A stretch of 17,375 nucleotides of DNA, from positions 1 to 17,375 of the forward strand of contig JBLIRP010000079.1 in the NCBI GenBank assembly GCA_049472355.1, given 5' to 3'. Shown in pieces: positions 1-6,951 of the stretch. The notes below the pieces were generated by a model. The model did no database searches, was not told where the DNA came from, and was given only the letters and a program-made list of their open reading frames with translations. The translations under genes and the position numbers were made by a program. How positions within the stretch are numbered: the stretch's first letter is position 1; each line of letters starts with the position of its first letter. Source of the DNA: a bacterium. Its GTDB lineage: Bacteria; SZUA-182; DTGQ01; JAFGSM01.

Positions 1-133
1 AGAATCAAAATAGCGTTTCCGAATCGTCGATGCATTTCAGCAACGGTAAGAAAAATAATAACAATCAATGAAATAAATTATTTTGAATCCAGGGCGACCG
101 GGGTCCCTTCTCTTACGCGGGACGCGGCCATCC

Positions 134-162
134 TTGACAAAAATAGAACGATGTATTATTTT
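134..162 (+). promoter_or_regulatory. Candidate sigma70 promoter for the hydrogenase-metVF operon
   Basis: Perfect -35 TTGACA (134-139), 17-nt spacer and TATTTT (157-162) in AT-rich intergenic DNA. It would imply a ~320-nt leader before the ATG at 489. Confidence 0.45.
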
Positions 163-488
163 AAGTGAGTTTGTAGAATGAGAGGTAACGTCTTCATATC
201 CGGGATGCCACTCCCGGAATACGATGCAATCGCCTCCATCCTCATTTATCCGTGTCATTACATACAGTTATATATAATATACAGAGCGTCTTAATGTATC
301 GCACATAATCGGCGTAATGTGTCTTAGGGCAGGCTCCGTAGATCGAACGGATGAAAGACGGTTTGTAGCGCAAACAGGAAGCGTAATCAGTTTCATTCAT
401 CCCGGCGCCTCTCGCCGTGTCATGGTTGCGTGGGCATGGGGCCGGGAGGTGAGCAATCTCAAACCCTGAAGTTGCGAGGAGGGTGACA

Positions 489-1382
489 ATGGCGGCAATC
501 AAGGAAATTCCGGCGGTCTGGATCCAAGGGGGGTCGTGCAGCGGATGTTCGGTGTCCGTTTTGAATGCGGTCGCCCCTTCCATAAAGAACGTGCTCATCG
601 ACGAGGTCGTTCCCGGAAGGCACATCAGCCTCAAGTTTCAGGCCACGGTCATGGCAGGTGCAGGAGAACCCATCATAAAGGTCCTGGAGGATGTGGGGGA
701 GCACAAAAAGGGCGAATTCCTCCTCATCGTCGAGGGGGTGGTCGCAACCAAGGATAATGGTATCTATTGTCGTGTCGGTGAAAGGAATGGCAAGCCCGTG
801 ACATTTTATCAGTGGGTCAAGGACCTTGGCAGCAACGCCCTCGCCGTCATCGCCCTTGGCACCTGCTCCGCATTCGGCGGGATACCCGGAGGAAAACCCA
901 ATCCCACCGGGGTCAAGTCGGTGATGCAGATCTTCAAGGAGGAGGGGATCACCACCCCTCTCATCAACGTTCCCGGCTGCGCTCCACACCCAGACTGGTT
1001 TGTGATGACGGTGGCGGGCATCCTCATCGGCGGTTTGCCCGATCCGGCCAGCCTCGACGAATGGCTCCGTCCCAAGGCATTCTACGGCACCCTCCTCCAT
1101 GAGAACTGCCAGCGCAGGGCGTTTTTTGACGAGGGGAAGTTCGCCAAGAAATTCGGGGACCCGGGCTGCCTCTACGAGCTGGGGTGCAAAGGCCCGATCA
1201 CCTATGCCGACTGCCCGCTTCGCCAGTGGAACAACGGGGTGAACTGGTGCATCAGGTCGGGAATGGGCTGCCAGGGGTGCACCCAGCCGGAGTTTCCCGA
1301 TTTCGGCTCCTTTTACGAGAAACTTACCGATGTTGATCTCCCGAAGATCGGCGAATACTGGAAACAAGCGGAGGGGAAATAG
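489..1382 (+). CDS. [NiFe]-hydrogenase small subunit (HysB/group-1a-like, no Tat signal, probably three [4Fe-4S] clusters)
   Basis: WIQGGSCSGC, GTCSAFGG and PGCAPHP proximal motifs; HENC..C..C distal motif; CKGP..C..NWC..CQGC medial motif. SD GAGGAGG (476-482) precedes ATG 489. An in-frame TGA at 450-452 excludes an upstream Tat leader. Confidence 0.95.
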   Translation: MAAIKEIPAVWIQGGSCSGCSVSVLNAVAPSIKNVLIDEVVPGRHISLKFQATVMAGAGEPIIKVLEDVGEHKKGEFLLIVEGVVATKDNGIYCRVGERNGKPVTFYQWVKDLGSNALAVIALGTCSAFGGIPGGKPNPTGVKSVMQIFKEEGITTPLINVPGCAPHPDWFVMTVAGILIGGLPDPASLDEWLRPKAFYGTLLHENCQRRAFFDEGKFAKKFGDPGCLYELGCKGPITYADCPLRQWNNGVNWCIRSGMGCQGCTQPEFPDFGSFYEKLTDVDLPKIGEYWKQAEGK

Positions 1383-1384
1383 AT

Positions 1385-2944
1385 ATGGCTACCATAAAAA
1401 TAGATCCCATGTCGAGGATCGAAGGGCACCTCAAGGTCGAAGCGGTTGTCGACGGCGGGGTGATCAAGGATGCCACGTGCTCGGGGATGCTGTTCAGGGG
1501 ATTTGAAAAGATCCTCGCAGGCAGGGACCCGCGGGACGCGCAGATCATCACCCAGAGGATATGCGGGGTGTGCAACCACTGCCACACCACCGCGGCAGCC
1601 CTCAACCTGGACAGCGCCTTCGGGATCGCCGACAAGATACCGGATAACGGACGACTGATACGCAACCTCACCATGGCATTCCACCAGGTGCAGGACCACA
1701 TCCTGCACTTTTATCACCTGGCAGCCCTCGACTATGTCGATGTCACCAAGGTGGCGGGCTACAGCGGGAACGACCGCACCCTCAACTCCATAAAGTCGTT
1801 CATCGAGAGGGGCGAGCTTTCCCCCTTTGTCCCGCGATACGAAGGGGACTACCGGTTCCCCGCCCAGGTGGACCAGGAACTGGTGAAACACTACGTGATG
1901 GCGCTGGAGATGAGGCGCAAGGGACACGAGGCAACGGCAGTCCTGGGGGGCAAGGTGCCGCATGCGTGCTCGGTGACACCCGGCGGGGTCACCGAGGTCC
2001 CCACGGTGGACAAGATCGCCAACCTCCTGTGGAGGGCCAAGGAACTCAGGGAGTTCGTCGAGGATGTGTACGTGCCCGATGTCATCAAGGTGGCGGAAAC
2101 CTACAGCGATTACTTCGGCATCGGTAAGGGATGCGGGAGGTATCTCTCCTACGGCATCTTCGACCTGGATGATCCGAATCCCGATTACACCAGGAGGAAG
2201 AGGCTCTTCACCCAGGGTACCACGGCAACGGACCTTTCCCATCGCCCCCTCGACCTTGCCCAGATAAGGGAATGGGTCACCCACTCCTGGTATGAGGAGG
2301 GCGCAAACGGCGCCCATCCCTTCGACGGGGAGACGATGCCCAGCCCGGACAAGAAGGGCGGGTATTCCTGGATCAAGGCCCCGCGTTACAGCGGCGAGAC
2401 CCACGAGGTCGGTCCCCTTGCGCGCATTGCCGTCAGCTACGCGGCAGGCGACAAAAACATCCGGGGGATGGTGGATTCGGTGCTCTCCCATTTCAAGGCA
2501 TCGCCCGATGCGCTCTTTTCCGTGCTGGGCCGCCATGCAGCCCGGGCCCTGTGCGCCCAATACATCGCGCAGAACATCGAGGGATGGGTCCTCGGCCTTA
2601 AGCCGGGTGAACCTGCCTACGTCGAATACAGCATTCCTGACGAGGGGACCGGCGTTGGGATCGTGGATGCCGCCCGGGGGGCCCTCGGCCACTGGATCGT
2701 GATCAAGGAGAAGAAGATCCACAAGTACCAGTGCGTGGTTCCCACCACCTGGAATGCCTCCCCCATGGACGACAAGGGCAAGCACGGGGCCATCGAACAG
2801 GCGCTCATCGGCACGAAGGTCAGGGACAGCGAGAATCCCTTCGAAATCGTCCGGATCGTGCGGTCGTTCGATCCGTGCACCGCGTGTGCCGTTCACCTGT
2901 TGAATCACAAGGGGCGCGAGTTGAGAAGGTACACCATTGCCTAA
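1385..2944 (+). CDS. [NiFe]-hydrogenase large subunit
   Basis: RIEGH, L1 motif RICGVC..H, L2 motif RSFDPCTACAVH followed by a 15-aa cleavable C-terminal extension; also YSWIKAPRY, ARGALGHW and VVPTTWNASP. Confidence 0.97.
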   Translation: MATIKIDPMSRIEGHLKVEAVVDGGVIKDATCSGMLFRGFEKILAGRDPRDAQIITQRICGVCNHCHTTAAALNLDSAFGIADKIPDNGRLIRNLTMAFHQVQDHILHFYHLAALDYVDVTKVAGYSGNDRTLNSIKSFIERGELSPFVPRYEGDYRFPAQVDQELVKHYVMALEMRRKGHEATAVLGGKVPHACSVTPGGVTEVPTVDKIANLLWRAKELREFVEDVYVPDVIKVAETYSDYFGIGKGCGRYLSYGIFDLDDPNPDYTRRKRLFTQGTTATDLSHRPLDLAQIREWVTHSWYEEGANGAHPFDGETMPSPDKKGGYSWIKAPRYSGETHEVGPLARIAVSYAAGDKNIRGMVDSVLSHFKASPDALFSVLGRHAARALCAQYIAQNIEGWVLGLKPGEPAYVEYSIPDEGTGVGIVDAARGALGHWIVIKEKKIHKYQCVVPTTWNASPMDDKGKHGAIEQALIGTKVRDSENPFEIVRIVRSFDPCTACAVHLLNHKGRELRRYTIA

Positions 2945-2961
2945 TAACGAGGAGGATACCG

Positions 2962-3639
2962 ATGATCAGATCAGAGCAGAAGCCCTTTGAAGAGATACAG
3001 GGGTATCTCGATGGGGAGAAAAAGGTCTTCATCCTGGGGTGTGACGGGTGTGCGCAGGCAAGCCAGACCGGAGGCATGCCCCAGGTGATGGAGATGAAGG
3101 AGAAGCTTGAAGGGATCGGCAAAAAGGTGACCGGTTCCTGCGTCATAGATTTCCTGTGCCAGAAGGCGCTTGTTGCCTCGCGACTCCGCGCCTTCGAGGA
3201 TGCGGTGATGAAGGCGGATTCCCTCCTGGTGATGACCTGCGGCATCGGCGTGCAGGCGGTCGCCGCCATGGTGAAAAAGAGGGTGCACCCGGCCTGCAAC
3301 ACCATCCCCCTCGGGGGGAGCCGGGGCGAATGGCGGGGTGAGGAGCGGTGCCTGGAGTGCGGGGATTGCCTCCTCGACTACACCGGGGGGATCTGTCCCC
3401 TGACCGCCTGTTCCAAGCGGCTGATCAACGGCGCCTGCGGCGGCGCCACCAACGGGAACTGCGAGGTGAGCAAGGACAAGCCGTGCGGGTGGGAGTTGAT
3501 CTATAAGCGGGTCAGGGATCTGGGAAGGGTGGACCTGCTGAAGCAGTACATCCCCCCGAAGACATATGGTAAAATGAGGCCGCGGTGGGATCTCCTTGCA
3601 TCATCCATCTGGGCCCTTGAACATACCGAGAACAAATAG
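2962..3639 (+). CDS. metV: Methylenetetrahydrofolate reductase small Fe-S/Zn subunit MetV
   Basis: True start is MIRSEQKPFEEI, after SD GAGGAGG (the ORF-track start at 2731 overlaps the large subunit). GCDGCA, TCGIGVQ and the Cys-rich CLECGDC..GGICPLTACSK..NGACGG..CEV..CGW (MTHFR_C-type domain). Directly upstream of metF. Confidence 0.92.
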   Translation: MIRSEQKPFEEIQGYLDGEKKVFILGCDGCAQASQTGGMPQVMEMKEKLEGIGKKVTGSCVIDFLCQKALVASRLRAFEDAVMKADSLLVMTCGIGVQAVAAMVKKRVHPACNTIPLGGSRGEWRGEERCLECGDCLLDYTGGICPLTACSKRLINGACGGATNGNCEVSKDKPCGWELIYKRVRDLGRVDLLKQYIPPKTYGKMRPRWDLLASSIWALEHTENK

Positions 3640-3657
3640 AGAGGAGGGCACAGGCAC

Positions 3658-4536
3658 ATGGCTCTAAAAGAGGCATTAGAGAGCGGAAAGTTCACCGTCA
3701 CGGCTGAAGTAGGCCCCCTCAAGGGAACCGATACCGCGGAGATACTGGAGAGCGCCGAGCTGTTGCGGGGGAAGGTGGATGGCGCCAACGTGACCGACCA
3801 GCAGAGCGCGGTGATGAGGCTCGGCTCCCTTGCCGTCTCCTCGCTGCTCGTCAAGGAGGGGCTTGACCCCATCTTCCAGATGACCTGCAGGGACCGGAAC
3901 CGGATCGCCATGCAGTCGGACCTGCTCAGCGCACACCTGGCCGGCATCAAAAACGTGCTCGCCATCACCGGGGATTTCCCCACCTTCGGCGATCACCCCG
4001 ATGCAAAGGATGTGTATGACCTGGACTCGGTCCAACTTGTGGCCACCATCGCCAAGATGAACGAAGGGTATGATGTCTCGGGAAACGAGCTCAAGGGGAA
4101 GACCGATTTCTTCATCGGTGGCGTGGTGACGCCCATCATGGACACGGAGGAGGCAGTCGAACTGCAGATCATCAAGATGGAAAAGAAGATCAATGCAGGG
4201 GCCCGCTTCTTCCAGACCCAGGCGGTCTACGACGTGGACATCTTCGCCAAATTCATGAAGCGGGTAAAGGGGTTCGGCGTGCCGGTGCTCGCGGGCGTCA
4301 TCCCGCTGAAGTCGGCCGGTATGGCCAAGTACATGAACAAGAACGTTGCCGGGGTGTTCGTTCCGGACCGGCTCATCGACGAGATGACCAAGGCGGAGGA
4401 CAAGACGGCGACCGGCCTCGGCATGGCCGCCCGGCTCATCAACGACCTCAAGGACCTCTGCCAGGGGGTTCATATCATGGCGATCGGATGGGAGAAAAAG
4501 GTCCCCGAGATCCTCAAGCGTGCGGGCATGGCGTAG
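3658..4536 (+). CDS. metF: 5,10-methylenetetrahydrofolate reductase catalytic subunit MetF
   Basis: VTAEVGPLKG, NVTD, QMTCRDRNRIAMQSDLL, LAITGD, KKINAGARFFQTQ and GVHIMA motifs of the MetFV-type MTHFR. Confidence 0.95.
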   Translation: MALKEALESGKFTVTAEVGPLKGTDTAEILESAELLRGKVDGANVTDQQSAVMRLGSLAVSSLLVKEGLDPIFQMTCRDRNRIAMQSDLLSAHLAGIKNVLAITGDFPTFGDHPDAKDVYDLDSVQLVATIAKMNEGYDVSGNELKGKTDFFIGGVVTPIMDTEEAVELQIIKMEKKINAGARFFQTQAVYDVDIFAKFMKRVKGFGVPVLAGVIPLKSAGMAKYMNKNVAGVFVPDRLIDEMTKAEDKTATGLGMAARLINDLKDLCQGVHIMAIGWEKKVPEILKRAGMA

Positions 4537-4550
4537 TTCAAGGACGGATT

Positions 4551-5000
4551 ATGCGCAAGAAGACGGCCATCATAGGGATCGGCAATCTCATCCTCAAGGA
4601 CGAAGGGGTAGGGGTGCATGCGGTGCAGCGGCTTGAGGGGATGGACCTTCCCCCGAGTATCGATGTCATCGACGGGGGTACGGATGCCATGGATCTTCTG
4701 CCGATGTTCCAGGATTATGAACGGATCATCGTGATCGATGCACTCAAGGCAGGGGGCAGTCCGGGCACCATCTACCGGGTCACCCCCGAGGAGATCATGC
4801 ACGATCGGTCACGCACCCTCTCCCTCCACGAGGTGGGGCTCCTCGACGTTCTCGGCATGGCGCGGCAGCTCGGGGGGCACGGCGAGGTGGTCATCATCGG
4901 CGTGGAACCGAAGGAGATATCGTGCAGCATCGAGCTCTCACCCGAGGTGGAGGCGGAGCTTCCACGGGTGATGGATGCGGTGCTCGCGGAATTGCAGTGA
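4551..5000 (+). CDS. Hydrogenase maturation endopeptidase (HyaD/HybD/HycI family)
   Basis: IGIGNLILKDEGVGVH, DGGT, IVIDA and SLHEVG motifs. Start reassigned to ATG 4551, after the metF stop. Confidence 0.93.
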   Translation: MRKKTAIIGIGNLILKDEGVGVHAVQRLEGMDLPPSIDVIDGGTDAMDLLPMFQDYERIIVIDALKAGGSPGTIYRVTPEEIMHDRSRTLSLHEVGLLDVLGMARQLGGHGEVVIIGVEPKEISCSIELSPEVEAELPRVMDAVLAELQ

Positions 5001-5077
5001 ATCACTCAGGGTCCTATTCCCTGCTGTTTGTGGCGGGGTAGTTCATTTTTACATGAAGCAACTTTTTTTTTCATCTC

Positions 5078-5419
5078 ATGCATGAACTCTCTATAGCCCA
5101 GAGTATGCTCGAGATCATCGAGCAGGAATCCGCCCCCTTCGGCAATGCCAAGGTGTTGTCGGTTACCCTCCGCATAGGGAGATTGACCGGCATTGTGTCC
5201 GATGCCCTCCGGTTCGCCTTTGAGATCATCACCAAGGGAGGCGTGGCAGAGGGGGCAACCCTTTTCATCGAAGAGGTTCCCATTGTGATCAAATGCCATC
5301 AGTGCGGTGAGCTCTTCACCGCCGAGCATCCCTTCATGGTCTGCCCCCGTTGTGAGGGGCTCGATGTTGAGATGATCTCGGGACGGGAGCTTGAGGTGAA
5401 GGACCTTGAAATCGAGTAG
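5078..5419 (+). CDS. hypA: Hydrogenase nickel incorporation protein HypA
   Basis: N-terminal MHELSIA, Zn-finger CxxC..CPxC, and C-terminal GRELEV. Confidence 0.96.
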   Translation: MHELSIAQSMLEIIEQESAPFGNAKVLSVTLRIGRLTGIVSDALRFAFEIITKGGVAEGATLFIEEVPIVIKCHQCGELFTAEHPFMVCPRCEGLDVEMISGRELEVKDLEIE

Positions 5420-5453
5420 GGTGATTTTAACTATATGACATGGATGGATCACG

Positions 5454-6365
5454 ATGAACAAGGAATTGTTCAATACCCGTGAACTGGCGGAATATCTCGA
5501 TATCAACGAGAAGAAGATCTACAGTCTCATCATGGAAAAGGGATTGCCCGCTACCAAGGTAACCGGCAAGTGGCTTTTCCCAAAGCAACTGGTGGATATC
5601 TGGATAGACAACAATATTCGAAACTATCCCTGGATGAAGGAGAAGAAACTGGAGACATTCAGCGAGGCGCTGATCATCGCCGGCAGCAACGACCTGTTTC
5701 TGGCGGACGCACTCTCCCTTTTCCAGGAGAAGCACCGCAATATCCTCCCCCTCTATAGCAGCATAGGAAGCATGAACGGCATCAATGCCCTCAAAAAGGG
5801 GTGGTGCCATATCTGTGCCTCCCATATGCTCCAGAAGGAGGACGAGGAGTACAACCTGTCATATATAAAAGAGGTGTTTAACGAGGATTTCGTGATCGTG
5901 AATTTTGCCTACAGGACCCAGGGACTGATCGTTTCCAAAGCGAATCCTAAGAAGATCGCCGGGATCAAGGACCTGGTGAGACCGGACATAACCATTGTCA
6001 ACCGCCAGTCCGGCACGGGCACCCGGTTCCTCCTGGAATACGAGATGGAAAAAAGCGGGATCGATGCAGCCCGGATCAGGGGATACGACACCATCTGCCT
6101 GAGCCATCTCGACGTGGGTATAGAGGTGCTCTCGAGCAGGGCGGATGCCGGTTTGGGTATCCAGGCAATTGCCCGGATGCTGGGCCTTGATTTCATCCCC
6201 CTGCGCAAGGAGCGGTTCGATCTCATCATCAGGAAGGATACATTCCCTGAGGTCAACGTCCAAACCTTTCTCAAGTTCCTGCGCTCGTCCGATCTCAAGG
6301 AATACAGTGCACGTTTCGGGGGATACGACCTCAGGGACATCGGGCGGATCATGTTCGAGGGTTGA
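5454..6365 (+). CDS. Transcriptional regulator: excisionase-like HTH (HTH_17 type) fused to a molybdate/tungstate-binding PBP-like domain
   Basis: N-terminal TRELAEYLDINEKKIY..LPATKVTGKWLF (Xis-like HTH). C-terminal AGSND, GSMNG, VNRQSGTGTR, H..V..ADAGLG and FIPL..ERFDL, typical of the MoeA/ModE-associated PBP domain. Confidence 0.88.
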   Translation: MNKELFNTRELAEYLDINEKKIYSLIMEKGLPATKVTGKWLFPKQLVDIWIDNNIRNYPWMKEKKLETFSEALIIAGSNDLFLADALSLFQEKHRNILPLYSSIGSMNGINALKKGWCHICASHMLQKEDEEYNLSYIKEVFNEDFVIVNFAYRTQGLIVSKANPKKIAGIKDLVRPDITIVNRQSGTGTRFLLEYEMEKSGIDAARIRGYDTICLSHLDVGIEVLSSRADAGLGIQAIARMLGLDFIPLRKERFDLIIRKDTFPEVNVQTFLKFLRSSDLKEYSARFGGYDLRDIGRIMFEG

Positions 6366-6430
6366 CCGGACACCAATCTTCCCAATAATCGAATTCTCCC
6401 CAATCCCAGCCCGCATCCCAAAATTCTTTA

Positions 6431-6698
6431 CAATACATCAATCACCCTGCTCGACACGGTGCAGTTTTCGCATCTGCCTGCCAATCAAGAATAGTACCGA
6501 TCTCTGCATTCACCCAAGGCTTTTTTTAAATCTGCAAATCCCTCATGAATATTGCCAGTCTCGGCATTCATCAAGGGGCTGCTTTCGCATCTGCCAACAT
6601 TTTCAGAATACCGCCAATCCCAGCAACCAATCGGGTGCGGTTTTCGCATACAGTATCATTCCCAGAATACCGCCAATCCCAGCATTCACCCCAATGCC
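6431..6698. repeat. Degenerate ~58-59 bp tandem repeat, about 4.5 units
   Basis: Units start at 6431, 6489, 6547, 6606 and 6665 ([G/C]AATA...). CAGAATACCGCCAATCCCAGCA is identical at 6604-6625 and 6663-6684. TTTCGCAT recurs at an equivalent offset in three units. Confidence 0.75.
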
Positions 6699-6699
6699 T

Positions 6700-6728
6700 T
6701 GAACCGGCCTTCATCATTTGCCGGTTCA
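6700..6728. other. Inverted repeat/hairpin at the end of the tandem repeat
   Basis: TGAACCGGC (6700-6708) and GCCGGTTCA (6720-6728) form a perfect 9-bp stem with an 11-nt loop; only a short U-run follows. Confidence 0.5.
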
Positions 6729-6852
6729 CCTTTGCCTTGGTGTATTCATGTGTGCCCAACCTGGGTAGACGCCCTGTTCAAGAGGCCATGTCATGAACAA
6801 TGGTAAATGATCGCCGTATGGCAGTATAAAATGCTCTTATTTGTCCTGATAC

Positions 6853-6913
6853 GTTATTATTAGTAATTATTAGTTAATCTTTTATTGACTCGCCACGCTC
6901 TTTGTGCCATAAT
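6853..6913 (+). promoter_or_regulatory. sigma70 promoter of the porin gene with upstream 10-bp-phased direct repeats
   Basis: TTGACT (6885-6890), 17 nt, extended -10 TGcCATAAT (6905-6913). GTTATTATTA-GTAATTATTA-GTTA at 6853-6876. Confidence 0.7.
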
Positions 6914-6951
6914 AGTGTTTTAAAAAATGGAAGGAACCCCTCGGCAATACA

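Noticed and set aside
265..288. ModE-like box upstream of the hydrogenase (CAGTTATAT-N6-TACAGAGCG)
   Set aside because: Spacing is one base short of TATAT-N7-TAYAT and the right half-site is mismatched; plausible by chance in AT-rich DNA.
1571..1585. CxxCH in the large subunit as a heme c attachment site
   Set aside because: The first Cys is a NiFe ligand of the L1 motif, and the protein is not exported to cytochrome c maturation machinery.
2870..2896. Selenocysteine ([NiFeSe]) recoding in the large subunit
   Set aside because: The relevant codon is TGC (Cys) at 2876-2878; there is no in-frame TGA.
459..2908. Long minus-strand ORFs 459-1367 and 1313-2908
   Set aside because: Antisense shadows of the hydrogenase genes caused by GC-rich codon bias; no recognisable motifs.
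2731..2961. N-terminal extension of MetV given in the ORF track
   Set aside because: Overlaps the large-subunit gene out of frame; the SD and family N-terminus point to ATG 2962.
6604..6684. CRISPR array call for the 22-nt repeat with 37-nt spacer
   Set aside because: Only two identical copies, the spacers are homologous to one another, and there are no cas genes in the window; kept as a tandem repeat.
6145..6806. ORFs 6145-6702, 6545-6796, 6552-6806 and 6571-6759 across the repeat region
   Set aside because: No motifs, atypical composition, and a repeat period not divisible by 3.
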